Positions 8,966 to 19,474 of a stretch of 34,776 nt of DNA are shown in pieces. Numbering within the stretch: position 1 is the stretch's first letter; each line of letters starts with the position of its first letter. The notes under the pieces were generated by a model. It was not told the DNA's origin, did not search any database, and saw nothing but the letters and a program-made list of their open reading frames with translations. Origin of the DNA: Methanoregula sp. GTDB lineage: Archaea; Halobacteriota; Methanomicrobia; Methanomicrobiales; Methanospirillaceae. A program made the translations under genes and the position numbers. The stretch covers positions 1 to 34,776 of the forward strand of contig JBDKTL010000009.1 in NCBI GenBank assembly GCA_039698055.1, read 5' to 3'.

Positions 8966-9148
8966 ATGGTTGACGTTGTCAGTTATTCATTGATCAGCAT
9001 CACAACACTCTGTTTTGGGCTGATTGTCAGTTTCCAGCTGGCCCATATCAGTTACTGCCGGAGACTGACCACGCTTGTCCGTCGCTCAATATCAACAAAA
9101 ACCATTGCCCCGGTTCTTGCTGAATATGAAAAATACAAAACCAGATAA
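8966..9148 (+). CDS. Small single-pass membrane protein (60 aa), likely paralogue of the previous gene
   Basis: GGGAGG RBS, TM, then SYCRRL...IAPVLAEY; T-run terminator after the stop. Confidence 0.7.
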   Translation: MVDVVSYSLISITTLCFGLIVSFQLAHISYCRRLTTLVRRSISTKTIAPVLAEYEKYKTR

Positions 9149-9204
9149 TTTTTTTTCTCTGGTGAAGTCCTCTTTTTTTTTTGTAATTCACTTAAATTTC
9201 TATA

Positions 9205-9550
9205 ACCCTCAGGAGGGTGACCCCCTCTCTCCCCCAAAGGGGGAGGCACCCCAAGGGGAGCGCCCCCTTGACCCCCGATCGCACTTAAGACACGGTGGAG
9301 CAAAATGGCTTTTTTTAACTGATAAACCCGGATCCATTTTTGATCTTAACGGTTCTTCCCACCCCTGATGGGGTCGCTTGAGGTGTCTCGTCGACCCCTC
9401 GCTGGGCAAGACGGTTTTTGATATTGAAAAGAATGAATGACGTCCATTCTATCTGGAGATCTCTTACGTTACAAACCGCCGCGGGGGCGCCCCTTCGGGG
9501 GCGGCGGGGGTCATCGCACCCGGGAGTATGGGGGCATCAGACCCCATCAA
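9205..9550. repeat. Cluster of GC-rich hairpins (REP/MITE-like or structured RNA)
   Basis: Hairpins ACCCT-cagg-AGGGT (9205-9218), CTCCCCC-aaa-GGGGGAG (9229-9245), ACCCC-tgat-GGGGT (9361-9374) and CCCC-TTCG-GGGG (9490-9501) nested in CCGCCG/CGGCGG. Confidence 0.5.
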
Positions 9551-9704
9551 TGGATCTGGTTATGAATTGCGTGAATTTATCAAAGATTGAATGAATCTGT
9601 CAAAAAATGGCCACTACGTTGGTATGAACTCCAGCAGTTTCCTCCCCTTTTTTCTTGAGCTGCATGAGAGCAGGTTAATACCAGAAAATAAAACGTATTA
9701 GCAG

Positions 9705-10493
9705 ATGCGCTGCACAATCCTTGCGAGCGGGAGTAAAGGCAACTGTACGATCGTTGAAGGACAGGGCGGGGCAATCCTCATCGATGCCGGCCTGAGCGCC
9801 AAAGAGACCATGGAGCGCCTGTCAGAAACTTCCTGTGCAGCCGATTCAATCGGGGCAATCCTCGTCACGCACGAGCATGGCGATCACATCAAAGGGCTGG
9901 ATGTGCTGGCACGAAAACTCAGCATCCCCATCTATGCGACCGGAGGCACGCTGAACGATTTCCTGTGCCACCGGCGCACCTCTACAAAACCGCTGGTGAC
10001 CCATACCTGCCGTTACCATGAGTCCTTTACCATCAGCGATTTCACCATCACGCCGTTTGCCACGTCCCACGATGCCGCAGAGCCCTGCGGTTTTATCGTC
10101 AGGGAAAACGGTGCACGGCTTGGCTACTGCACCGATACCGGCATCCTCTCCCCGCAGATGGTCTCCCTGCTCAAGGACTGCGAGGGTGTGGTGCTGGAAA
10201 GCAACCATTGCCCGGATATGCTCAAAAACGGCCCGTACCCGGAATCATTGAAACGCCGGATACGGTCCAGTCGCGGCCACCTTTCCAACCCGGCAGCATC
10301 GGACGGGCTCCGGACGCTGTGTAAAGAAGGGGCGCAGGTAATCCTTGCCCATTTAAGCGAGATCAACAACACACCTGACCGCGCCCGGGCGAGCGCCCGC
10401 GACGCCCTTGGCCTGTTCTATGAAGAAAAAATGCTGACCATCGCAACGCAGGAGGGGTCTTCCCACAAATCCCCCCAGCGCATTAATCTCTGA
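9705..10493 (+). CDS. MBL-fold metallohydrolase, YycJ/WalJ-like
   Basis: ASGSKGN, IDAG, THEHGDH, SHDA, TDTG, LESNH, GHLSN, LAHLSEINN. Confidence 0.9.
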   Translation: MRCTILASGSKGNCTIVEGQGGAILIDAGLSAKETMERLSETSCAADSIGAILVTHEHGDHIKGLDVLARKLSIPIYATGGTLNDFLCHRRTSTKPLVTHTCRYHESFTISDFTITPFATSHDAAEPCGFIVRENGARLGYCTDTGILSPQMVSLLKDCEGVVLESNHCPDMLKNGPYPESLKRRIRSSRGHLSNPAASDGLRTLCKEGAQVILAHLSEINNTPDRARASARDALGLFYEEKMLTIATQEGSSHKSPQRINL

Positions 10494-11292
10494 CACTCAC
10501 GGGCCGTAACGCCCGGTCCAGCGCTTCACTGAGTTCCTTAAAGCCGTAGGGTTTGATAACCGCCGCGGCAAACCCGAACCGGGAAAAGTCAAGGATCATC
10601 GGGTCGGTGGAGTACCCGCTCGAAATAATTGCCCTGACCGACGGATCGATCGCGTGAAGGAGCGGCATCGTTTCTTTTGCGCCCATACCGGAAGGAACCG
10701 TGATATCAAGGATCACCGCATCAAACGGCACGCCCGCTTCTGACGCTTTTTTGTACATCTCCACGGCAATGGCGCCATCCTTTGCCGTACTCACCTCGTG
10801 GCTCAGGAACCGGAGCAGTTCGCTTGTCGCCAGGAGAATTGCTTCCTCATCGTCCATTAAGAGGATCCGCTGGTTCTTTGGCCCGGTCCCAAAGGAGAAC
10901 GGGGGGGCTGCACGGACATCGGTGTCGACGGATGAACTTTCCTGCCACGACGGCACCGGATTCTCCTGCTCTTTTGGTGCTGCCATCTTGGCATCCGAAC
11001 TGATCGCCAGCAGTTCCCCGGTGAGTTCCCGGGCGCGGAGGACACCTTCTTCAGCGCTGTTCAGCCGCTCAAACCCGGCAGTGCCGACGGCAGATCCGGT
11101 CTTTGCCAGCTGCAGGTTTGCAAGGATGGAACTGAGCATATTATTGAAATCGTGGGCAATGATGTGGACTCTTTGCCGGCACGCCTCCCATGATTCCGGA
11201 TCCTTTTCCCGTTCCTGTTTTTTTCCCGTCAGGGATTTTTGTTTCTTCTCCGCTCCCGCCTTTTTGCTTTTAACCCGTTGTTTGTCCATCAC
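10483..11292 (-). CDS. HisKA (H-box) + receiver-domain protein lacking an HATPase domain
   Basis: H-box IAHDFNNMLSSILANL; REC motifs LLMDDE, ILDITVP, ISSG, KPY; no N/G1/F/G2 boxes between them. Confidence 0.8.
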   Translation of the reverse strand: MMDKQRVKSKKAGAEKKQKSLTGKKQEREKDPESWEACRQRVHIIAHDFNNMLSSILANLQLAKTGSAVGTAGFERLNSAEEGVLRARELTGELLAISSDAKMAAPKEQENPVPSWQESSSVDTDVRAAPPFSFGTGPKNQRILLMDDEEAILLATSELLRFLSHEVSTAKDGAIAVEMYKKASEAGVPFDAVILDITVPSGMGAKETMPLLHAIDPSVRAIISSGYSTDPMILDFSRFGFAAAVIKPYGFKELSEALDRALRPVSVRD

Positions 11293-11378
11293 CGCACCTC
11301 AATTATAAAAAATCCGCCTTAAAAAACCTGCCACCCGAACATTTTTTTCTTTCACCATGTCCACCCACATCTGGCGGT

Positions 11379-12569
11379 TTAACTGCCGATCTTCAGCAGC
11401 TTGAGACAATACTGGTCAACCGCATCGACCAGTGCTTTCTTTGAACGCCTGACTCTCTTTTCATCCTCGGAGAAGAAATCGTTTGCCACGTACTCAAGCA
11501 GGATGACAAAATAATGCTGCGGCCCGAATTTTACCCGGATCTCATCCATGCAGGCATGCGCTTCAAAGAGTTTTCCCGCCATGATCTCAAACGCAAAGTC
11601 AAGGAGCAGGATTGCCTGTGCGGGAATATTTTTCTGGATCGCGATTTTCCGGAAATGGTAATAGGTCTCCACCCGTGCCGTGACAATGGAGAGTTTCATG
11701 CCATAATAGACCGGCTCGAGATCGTCGGGATACTGCTGGGTCATCTGCCTGATGACACCGGCAACACCGCCGGCATCCCGGCTCTCCAGCTTGAGATTGT
11801 AGAGCTCCCGCAAAAAGTCCATGTCGTTGTAGAACCGTTCAATACCAATTTTTAAGAGGTCTTCCTTGACTGCCCGGTCCTGGTCGCGCGACGCTTTTTC
11901 AATGCCGATCCGGATAAACTCCCGTTCGCTTGGGAACCATGCAATGGCCTGGTTGATCATAAACCAGAAGATCTTGTTGATACCGGGATCGTCGGCAATC
12001 TCCATGTCCTTGAGCCGGTTAACGGGCGGCTTGATGCGGATGAGCTCGATCATCTGCTCCCGTGCGGCAAGCGACATATCATTGGGCCGGTGCCTCGCAT
12101 CATCCGGGTCGATCCCGGACTGCTGGGTGGAGAGGACAAAGTAGCAGTACGCGATGGCAGGGCAGATGATCGCATCGATCGGCCGGTATTTTTTCAACTG
12201 TTCGATCGCTTCTGCATATTTCCCGTTGTTGATAAGGCGCATCCCCAGCCGTATGTCGTACACGGCCCGCCCTTTCTGCCGGCGCTTGTTGCGGATCGCA
12301 TAATCAAAGAGTTTCTCGACGACCGTGATATCATCGGTCTTTTTTGATTTTTCAAGGACGGCAAGCGTGATCGTATCGATAAACCGGTCGTACAGGTCGT
12401 CGCTGATATCAGGAACCGTTTTTTCGATAGCGGAGATGACGTAGCCATAGAAGACAGGAATATTCACGTCGATTTTATCGATGTTTTTATCGATGTAATC
12501 GAGAAATTCCCGCTTTAACTGATCCAGTTTTACCCGGAGGACTGCTTCGGGCTGCCACTCTTCACCCAT
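11379..12569 (-). CDS. Hypothetical alpha-helical (TPR-like) protein
   Basis: Long ORF with TPR-like LGMRLINNGKYAEAIEQLKK; start set at ATG 12569 after GGTGA. Confidence 0.75.
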   Translation of the reverse strand: MGEEWQPEAVLRVKLDQLKREFLDYIDKNIDKIDVNIPVFYGYVISAIEKTVPDISDDLYDRFIDTITLAVLEKSKKTDDITVVEKLFDYAIRNKRRQKGRAVYDIRLGMRLINNGKYAEAIEQLKKYRPIDAIICPAIAYCYFVLSTQQSGIDPDDARHRPNDMSLAAREQMIELIRIKPPVNRLKDMEIADDPGINKIFWFMINQAIAWFPSEREFIRIGIEKASRDQDRAVKEDLLKIGIERFYNDMDFLRELYNLKLESRDAGGVAGVIRQMTQQYPDDLEPVYYGMKLSIVTARVETYYHFRKIAIQKNIPAQAILLLDFAFEIMAGKLFEAHACMDEIRVKFGPQHYFVILLEYVANDFFSEDEKRVRRSKKALVDAVDQYCLKLLKIGS

Positions 12570-12739
12570 ACTCACCGATCCCAACAAAAAACAATTACAA
12601 TGTTTTGATGTGTCCTCTAATTAAACTTGCATTATTAAACTTTTTTTGGCAACGTCTGCCGCCGTAATCAAAAGCAGGGCCGCAAAGAGAAAGAAAATGT
12701 TAATCCGCCACGGTCGCCAAAATCAAAAGCAGAAACGCC

Positions 12740-14392
12740 ATGCTCTTTATGGAGTTCTCCCGGTGCTGCGAGCAGTTAGAAGGTATTTCCGGCCGGCTGG
12801 AGATGATCGATGTCATCAGCCGGGTGCTGCCCGGGCTGTCACCGGATGAGCTGCCGGTTTTTGTCCGGTTTATCATGGGCCGGATATTCCCTGACTGGAG
12901 CTCGCAGAAACTGGGTATCGGCCCCAACCTGCTCTACGAAGCCGTCGGCTATGTCGCCGGCGTCAAAAAGGACGTGGTGATCGATACGATCAACCGGACC
13001 GGCGACGTGGGAACAGCAGTTGAAGAGCTCCTGTCAATGAAATCCCAGACCACGTTTTTCCACGAAGATCTGGATATTGTCTATGTCTACCAAGAATTGG
13101 TCAGCATCTCGGCGCAGGAAGGAAAAAAGTCCCAGCGGGAAAAACTGCTCGCGGTGAGAAAACTGCTCGGGAACGCCCACCCGCTCGAAGGCCGGTATCT
13201 CGCACGGATCATGCTTGAGGAACTGCGTATCGGTGTCGGGGAAGGCAGTGTCCGCGAGGCGGTGGCAAAAGCGTTTGCCGTGGATTCCGCGCTGGTCGAG
13301 CATGCGGCGCAGGCAATCAACGATTTAGGAGAAGTCGCCCGGCTGGCAAAAACCGGCCCGGCGGCTCTTGCCGAAGTGAAGATCACTTTGTTCCACCCGG
13401 TGCGGATGATGCTTGCCCAGCAGGGGACGATTGCGGGGATGATCGAAGATCACGGGACGGTGGCGGCGGAATACAAGTACGACGGGTCGCGGTTCCAGTT
13501 CCATAAAAAAGGCAACGGGTGCCGGATGTACTCGCGCCGGTTAGAGGATGTCACTGCCGCCCTGCCCGATGTGCTGTCGCAGCTGCTTGCGTCCACCGAC
13601 CATGATGTGATCCTCGACGGGGAAGTGATCGCGATCAAAGACGGCAAACCCATGCCGTTCCAGTCCGTGCTGAGGCGGTTCCGCCGTCGGCACGATATTG
13701 CCGAAGCGCAGGAGGCAACCGGGATGGTGCCCAATGTCTTTGATATCCTCTACCTCGACGGGGAGATGCTCATTGACCTGCCCTTTGCCGAGCGGCGAAA
13801 ACTGCTCGAGAGCGTTGTCCGCGAGCATGTCGCACCGCAGGTGGTCAGCAGCGATCCTGCCGTGATCGAGAAGACCTATAACGATGCGCTCAGCGCCGGC
13901 CACGAGGGGATCATGCTCAAGGTGACGAATTCGCCCTACACACCGGGCCAGCGGGGAAAGAACTGGATCAAGATCAAACCGGAGGTGGACACGCTCGACC
14001 TTGCCGTGATCGGCGCTGCCTGGGGCGAAGGGAAACGGGCGCACGTCTTTGGCTCATTTTTAATGGCCTGCCAGGACCAGGGAAAACTTGTTCCCCTTTC
14101 GTGGGTGGCAACCGGGTTTTCCGATGACCAGCTCGCGGAAGTGTATGACCTGTTAAAGGACAAGGTCATTTCAAAGTCCAAAAACGAGGTGAGGTTTGAG
14201 CCGGACCTGGTCTTTGAAGTGGGGTATGCGGAACTCCAGGCAAGCCAGACGTACGAAGGAGGATTTGCACTCCGGTTCCCCCGGTTCATCCGGATCCGGG
14301 ACGACAAGGATATCCCCGAGATCGAGACCATCGAAAGTATCCGCGACCGGTACCTGCGCCAGTCAAAATCCGCCCAGGCCTACCAGACCTGA
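12740..14392 (+). CDS. lig: ATP-dependent DNA ligase
   Basis: EYKYDG adenylation motif, [33 protein letters not shown]; QTTFF PCNA-binding-like motif. Confidence 0.97.
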   Translation: MLFMEFSRCCEQLEGISGRLEMIDVISRVLPGLSPDELPVFVRFIMGRIFPDWSSQKLGIGPNLLYEAVGYVAGVKKDVVIDTINRTGDVGTAVEELLSMKSQTTFFHEDLDIVYVYQELVSISAQEGKKSQREKLLAVRKLLGNAHPLEGRYLARIMLEELRIGVGEGSVREAVAKAFAVDSALVEHAAQAINDLGEVARLAKTGPAALAEVKITLFHPVRMMLAQQGTIAGMIEDHGTVAAEYKYDGSRFQFHKKGNGCRMYSRRLEDVTAALPDVLSQLLASTDHDVILDGEVIAIKDGKPMPFQSVLRRFRRRHDIAEAQEATGMVPNVFDILYLDGEMLIDLPFAERRKLLESVVREHVAPQVVSSDPAVIEKTYNDALSAGHEGIMLKVTNSPYTPGQRGKNWIKIKPEVDTLDLAVIGAAWGEGKRAHVFGSFLMACQDQGKLVPLSWVATGFSDDQLAEVYDLLKDKVISKSKNEVRFEPDLVFEVGYAELQASQTYEGGFALRFPRFIRIRDDKDIPEIETIESIRDRYLRQSKSAQAYQT

Positions 14393-15525
14393 AACAAGGT
14401 CCGCTGGGTGCGCATCTCCGCAATAAGGGTGCTGTGCGGGAGCCAGCGATCAAAGCCGATGAGTGCCGATGCCGCCTGAACTGCCTGTTCCAGCGACGCA
14501 CAGGGTACCGGCGGGGACGCCATCGCTTTCCGGGTCGCCTCCCTGATGACCCATGTCCCCAGAGGCGCCCAGTAATCGCTGGAGATATGCCGGATCACGA
14601 TCACCCGGGCTGACCGCCGGATGGTGGTGAGATATTCGCAGGCGGCAAGCCGGGCCGAGTAATAGGCCCCCGAGATGGGGGAGTACCCGGACTTTTTCAT
14701 GCCTTCCCGGTCCTGCACGATCACCTCATCGTCTCCAGCCCAGAGCGTCTGTTTACCCCATACCTCGATCATCTCGTACCGCCAGTCCCCGGGGGCAAGG
14801 ATGCAGACGATATGGTTGCCAAAGATTTCACCGGAGAAGACCCGGTAGTCGTCGATGGAGGGGAACCGTGCGATCTCTTTTTTTAACGCAGTTGACACCG
14901 TATCGTCAACCGCGGTAATCGCCCACCGGGTGGGAACAAAATGCCGGTTCTTCCCAAGGAGGCCAGCAGTCATGAGTTTTGTAATGTCGTAGACATCGCT
15001 GCCCGCACGCGCCAGCTCGATACAGGCATCGGTTGCCCGTATGTCCAGATCCGAGGTGATCTTATCCACCTGCCGGCCGACCGTTGCACTGCCAACCAGA
15101 TCAATCTCTTTGACCGGCCCACTCAGGCCAACGGGTGCCACCGTCCCGTCAAAGGTCATGGAGAAGGTGACCGGCTTTTCAAACGCGACGTCCACATCGA
15201 GCGGGCGCGACGAGAGCGCGATCTCCTGCAGGGTATCGCAAAAACGGTGGACGGGCGAACTCCCGCGTATTGTCCGGGCACGGATACCCACGATATCCTC
15301 GATGCCAAGGTTGCGGGCGAGCCAGTCCGGGGGATGGTCGCTGTCATTGATGAGCAGGGGGCCGCCGTTCACGTCCGGGTAGCCAAAGCTCCCGATAAAA
15401 ACAGACGGCGAGCTCCCCTGGTAGCTGCTCGACGGTTTGAGGGTTGCCTGGGACTGGAACCGGCTGACAATCGGGCAGCGGGGCAGGCCACACATCCCTT
15501 TACCCTTGCACTGAACGCACTGCAT
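14380..15525 (-). CDS. nreA: Archaeal Nre-family DNA repair protein
   Basis: N-terminal Cxx[51 protein letters not shown]; C-terminal PIP box QRTLFQVW. Confidence 0.9.
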   Translation of the reverse strand: MQCVQCKGKGMCGLPRCPIVSRFQSQATLKPSSSYQGSSPSVFIGSFGYPDVNGGPLLINDSDHPPDWLARNLGIEDIVGIRARTIRGSSPVHRFCDTLQEIALSSRPLDVDVAFEKPVTFSMTFDGTVAPVGLSGPVKEIDLVGSATVGRQVDKITSDLDIRATDACIELARAGSDVYDITKLMTAGLLGKNRHFVPTRWAITAVDDTVSTALKKEIARFPSIDDYRVFSGEIFGNHIVCILAPGDWRYEMIEVWGKQTLWAGDDEVIVQDREGMKKSGYSPISGAYYSARLAACEYLTTIRRSARVIVIRHISSDYWAPLGTWVIREATRKAMASPPVPCASLEQAVQAASALIGFDRWLPHSTLIAEMRTQRTLFQVW

Positions 15526-15554
15526 GTCACATCAATCCGGCAAAGAGACCGGCC

Positions 15555-15842
15555 TTACCGTTTTGCCAGCCGGGTTTCTTCCGTGTGCGGGGGCGTAATG
15601 GTCTGGGTGAGCGGGTTTTCTCCCTCAACAAACGAGATCCGCCAGCCCGGGTCGTACCGGGACCCGCACTCCGGGCAGATCAGGATCACCCGGTAGAGTT
15701 CCCGGGTCGATTTTACCGGGTTGTCCTTACCGGCATTCACCCGGAGAAACGAGGTGTGGAACCCGGCCTCATACCCGCAGTGCGGGCAGATGTGGAACTC
15801 GTCCTCAACCTTAACCGGGACAATCTCACCTGAAATCTTCAT
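15555..15842 (-). CDS. Small zinc-ribbon (CPxCG x2) protein
   Basis: CPHCGY...CPECGSRYD; GGTGA RBS. Confidence 0.8.
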   Translation of the reverse strand: MKISGEIVPVKVEDEFHICPHCGYEAGFHTSFLRVNAGKDNPVKSTRELYRVILICPECGSRYDPGWRISFVEGENPLTQTITPPHTEETRLAKR

Positions 15843-15857
15843 ACGTCACCACGGGAC

Positions 15858-16973
15858 TCATTCATTTTTTTCCTGTCCGTTCAGGGTGCCCGCCGACTCG
15901 ATAATCACTGATGCATTCTCCCTGCCATCGATTGCGGCATGGACAAGGGAAAACGGCCGGGGGACAAGTGCCATTGTCCGGGCAATGTTCTCCTCGAGCA
16001 CTTCAACCGTGACCGTTCTCCCGTCAAGAGCAATACCGGCACCCATATCCTCGATCTTTCTTGCATTGTTCTGCTGCTCGGGGTGGTTGGGGTCCATGAT
16101 AATCAGCACCGGTTTTTCAAACAGCAGCGCTTCGTGCAGGGTGGTAAGGCCGCCATGCACAATCGCAATCCTCGCCCGGGCAAGATGTTCGTAGAGGTTG
16201 GGCACGTACCCGTGGGAGATAAAATTACCTGACGATCCCGGGAGATGCGCCCCGGTATAAAACACATCGAAGCACAGGTCTTTTCTCCGGTCTGCAATCT
16301 TTCGCAGCAGCTCATAGAGCGGCAGCTTGTAGGGCTCGCCGCCAAAACTGGTGAATATGGTTTTTTGCGCCACCGTGTACCGGGAAAGGGTGAGATCGAG
16401 AAACGGCCCGGTGAAATGATATTTCCCGGTTTCGGATTCTGGCACAACAATATTGTACTCGCTTATCGTATCCGGCGCCGGGAAATCCGGGACAATGACA
16501 CCTTTGGCCAGCCGCAGGTAGCGCTGTATTAAGAAATTTAAGGCACCAAAGACCGGGTTTGTCGAACCATGCGGGCCATTGAAATGGTTCTGGTTGGTGA
16601 TAAAAAAGACCGGTACCTGCTGTGCCCGTGCTGCCGCGACACCGCCATACATCGTATCGCATACCACGCAGTCGATAGCAAGATTCCTGATGTAGCGGCG
16701 TGCCAGCACGACCGACCGCATCATATAAAGGACCATCCATTTCGAGCACCAGAGGGTTTTTTTCAGGGAAAAAAAACCGTTCTCACCTTCAAGACAGACT
16801 TCCCGCTGCCCCCGGTGGAGGTTGGTGCACCCGTGACTTGCGAGGAAGTCATAGGATTTGCCATATGCGACAAAATGCACGGTATGCCCCCGCTGCTGGA
16901 GGTAATGCCCGAGGTGAATGGACCGGGATGCATGCCCGAGCCCTTCGCCGCACACTATAAATAAAATCCGCAT
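15858..16973 (-). CDS. GT-B glycosyltransferase (MJ1255/GT28-like)
   Basis: MRILFIVCGEGLGHASRS, HGGLTTLHEAL, HPEQQNNA; start set at ATG 16973. Confidence 0.88.
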   Translation of the reverse strand: MRILFIVCGEGLGHASRSIHLGHYLQQRGHTVHFVAYGKSYDFLASHGCTNLHRGQREVCLEGENGFFSLKKTLWCSKWMVLYMMRSVVLARRYIRNLAIDCVVCDTMYGGVAAARAQQVPVFFITNQNHFNGPHGSTNPVFGALNFLIQRYLRLAKGVIVPDFPAPDTISEYNIVVPESETGKYHFTGPFLDLTLSRYTVAQKTIFTSFGGEPYKLPLYELLRKIADRRKDLCFDVFYTGAHLPGSSGNFISHGYVPNLYEHLARARIAIVHGGLTTLHEALLFEKPVLIIMDPNHPEQQNNARKIEDMGAGIALDGRTVTVEVLEENIARTMALVPRPFSLVHAAIDGRENASVIIESAGTLNGQEKNE

Positions 16974-17030
16974 TCGTCCGTTCTCCACAGAAGTCCTGCT
17001 GGCAGTTCCTGGCCCGGCATGGTTTTTCAC

Positions 17031-17246
17031 TTACAGGTTTATGCCGGTTTCCCCCGGCGGGTTTCCTTCATCGGGGACGATGATCCACGCAACAATATAC
17101 GCGACGACCCCGATCCCAAACGATAAACAGGTAAGCACCACCCATGCCAGCCGGATGACGGTCGGGTCGGCATCAAGATAGATCCCAAGCCCCCCGCAGA
17201 CGCCCCCGAGTATCCGTTCTTTCTTTGACCGGTACCATCGTTTCAT
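17031..17246 (-). CDS. pspC: PspC-domain membrane protein
   Basis: RSKKERILGGVCGGLGIYLDADPTVIRL...AYIVAWIIVP. Confidence 0.9.
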   Translation of the reverse strand: MKRWYRSKKERILGGVCGGLGIYLDADPTVIRLAWVVLTCLSFGIGVVAYIVAWIIVPDEGNPPGETGINL

Positions 17247-17332
17247 GACGACAGTTTTGGTGTCCGTATCATTAAATATGATTGCCTTTACAAAAACATC
17301 TATTCCTCCGGGCAGTTCACCGGGTAAACAGC

Positions 17333-17836
17333 ATGAGGATCATGACAGGGGGTAACGGGACGGGTGTTCCCGCAACGTTTGGTGCGGGCTGTTTCTGGGG
17401 TGCTGAAGCGGCATTCCGGCGCGTGAAAGGGGTAATTAAAACTGAGGTCGGCTACATGGGCGGGAACCTTGAGCATCCCCGGTACGAGGATGTGTGTTCG
17501 GGAACGACCGGTCATGCGGAGGTTGTGCAGGTCACGTACGATCCGGGCGTCGTACCCTACGATGACCTGCTTGCCGTGTTCTGGTCAAGCCATGACCCGA
17601 CCCAGCTCAACCGGCAGGGCCCGGATTACGGGACCAACTACCGGTCGGTTATTTTCTACCATACGCCCGACCAGGCAGCGGCAGCGCAGGCTTCAAAAGA
17701 CCGCCTCCAGCAGTCAGGGCGCTATCGCACCGCAAAGATCGTGACGGCAATTGTCCCGGCCGCGACGTTCTGGAAAGCCGAGGACTATCACCAGCAGTAC
17801 CATGAACGGCACGGAGGCAGAATCTGCGGCATATAA
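17333..17836 (+). CDS. msrA: Peptide-methionine (S)-S-oxide reductase
   Basis: GCFWG, VCSGTTGHAE, HDPTQLNRQGPD, YRS, AEDYHQQY; start at ATG 17333 or 17342. Confidence 0.95.
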   Translation: MRIMTGGNGTGVPATFGAGCFWGAEAAFRRVKGVIKTEVGYMGGNLEHPRYEDVCSGTTGHAEVVQVTYDPGVVPYDDLLAVFWSSHDPTQLNRQGPDYGTNYRSVIFYHTPDQAAAAQASKDRLQQSGRYRTAKIVTAIVPAATFWKAEDYHQQYHERHGGRICGI

Positions 17837-17873
17837 AAAAAAGAGTATATAGTTCGAGCTGGAATACAATAGT

Positions 17874-19142
17874 ATGCGATCATCGAATTCGACGGGAGTG
17901 TCGGAAGTCGCAGCACAGTTGCTGATTGTTATTCTTGTGGTTGTGCTCGCGATTGTTGCCTATGCCGCTTTTTCCGGCACACTCAACTCCCTGTTTGTAA
18001 AAAAATCCGTCTATGTTGCAGGTACCGCTGCAACAGTCGACATCCCGCAGGGCACCGGTGCCCCCCCCAATTCCGTGCTCACCTTTCTGGCAAAAGCCGG
18101 GGACCCTTTCTACCTGACCGGGCAGACACAAGGCATCAGCGGCGCACACGTCACGCTCAAGGCACTCAGTCCTGACGGCAAGATCCTCATCCCGGATGCA
18201 AGCAGCCTCAATGGTTCCCCGTACGGGCAGACCCTCTATCTCTACCCGAACAGCTCTCCTGCCTCTACGCAGTGCGATTATGCGATAAGCACGACACAAC
18301 CCACCGGCTCGCTGCGGCCCATGGTCCTTGGGACATGGACGATCCAGCTGGTCGATGAGGATGTCCACGTCCTTGCAGACAGCTATACCACCAAAGTGAC
18401 ACACGGTTCGACAGCGCTACCGGTTGCCGGTGGATTTATCGGGGGCAGCACCAGCGAGTTCTACCGGACCGACTGCACGCCGATCAACCAGTCCAGTGTT
18501 TCCATCACGACCACCAATACCGGCCCGGGCAATATGTCGATCGCTCATTTCAATGGCGCATCATCCAATATCACGATCCCCAACGATCCCACGCTCTCGT
18601 TTAACGGGAACAACATGGCAATCTCCATGTGGTTTGACCCGACAACGAATACGACCTACAACCCATCAGGGAGCAACTGGTACCAGCTCATCGGGAAGGG
18701 TGTGACCAACAGCGCCGGCAGCGGCAGCGGCAACGAGAACGACAATTACCAGCTCTTCCAGCTGGGCAACCAGCTCTGCTTTGAATGGAACGATGCGGTC
18801 ACCGGCCAGCACTACCAGGCAATAACGACGACGCAGACCGTGCAGGCAACCGGGTGGAATTATGCGGTGGTATCGATCACCAACGGCCAGCTGAATATTT
18901 ACAACAACGGTGTTTTGCAGCCGGTCAGTTACTATAACAGCAATGTGCCGTTTACCTCACCGGTGGGAACCCAGACGGTCAATCTTATCAATAACAATAA
19001 TGCGGTCACGATCGGGATGCAGAATGCGGCATCCCCTTCAAACGCCTTCTATTACAGCGGGGACATGGGCGCAATTTCCCTGTACAACCGGGGACTGACT
19101 CCCGCAGAGATTGCTGCCAATTACGCGGGATATATCGCATAA
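17874..19142 (+). CDS. Archaeal type IV pilin-like protein with C-terminal LamG/ConA-like domain
   Basis: Class III signal NSTG/VSEVAAQLLIVILVVVLA; LamG motifs ISMWF, WNYAVV, IYNNG, VTIG, YSGDMGAISLYNRGLT..EI. Confidence 0.82.
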   Translation: MRSSNSTGVSEVAAQLLIVILVVVLAIVAYAAFSGTLNSLFVKKSVYVAGTAATVDIPQGTGAPPNSVLTFLAKAGDPFYLTGQTQGISGAHVTLKALSPDGKILIPDASSLNGSPYGQTLYLYPNSSPASTQCDYAISTTQPTGSLRPMVLGTWTIQLVDEDVHVLADSYTTKVTHGSTALPVAGGFIGGSTSEFYRTDCTPINQSSVSITTTNTGPGNMSIAHFNGASSNITIPNDPTLSFNGNNMAISMWFDPTTNTTYNPSGSNWYQLIGKGVTNSAGSGSGNENDNYQLFQLGNQLCFEWNDAVTGQHYQAITTTQTVQATGWNYAVVSITNGQLNIYNNGVLQPVSYYNSNVPFTSPVGTQTVNLINNNNAVTIGMQNAASPSNAFYYSGDMGAISLYNRGLTPAEIAANYAGYIA

Positions 19143-19474
19143 CCCCGCATTCTTTTTTATTTTTTTATTGCATCCCGGTAATCGTGCCGCACCCGGCATT
19201 GTCTCCCTGTACAGGAAGGTTTTATGGCGGCTATAGCCTGGATGAGTTTGCCCGAATAATCGTTTTCCTGCACCGGAAGGTTTCACGCTCATGCAACAGG
19301 AGTACCACGTTTTTAGCGTCTGCCGGGCCGGTCTGTCAGTACCGGAGATCGTTATGGTATGGAGCCGCCGGGTCCGGCTCCCTGCCACGGGCGGGCTTCG
19401 TGGGATCCAAAAGGGGAGATCCGGTTTTTCCTGCGGGCGGATTTTTTTATACCATGAAGGGGTAAGATGCTCCT

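Noticed and set aside
9052-9409. ORFs across the hairpin cluster
   Set aside because: Low-complexity Gly/Pro translations of palindromic DNA.
1577-19098. Numerous antisense and alternate-frame ORFs (e.g. 1581..2408, 3045..3677, 7578..8234, 10700..11308, 14941..15696)
   Set aside because: Shadows of well-supported GC3-rich genes, with no motifs of their own.
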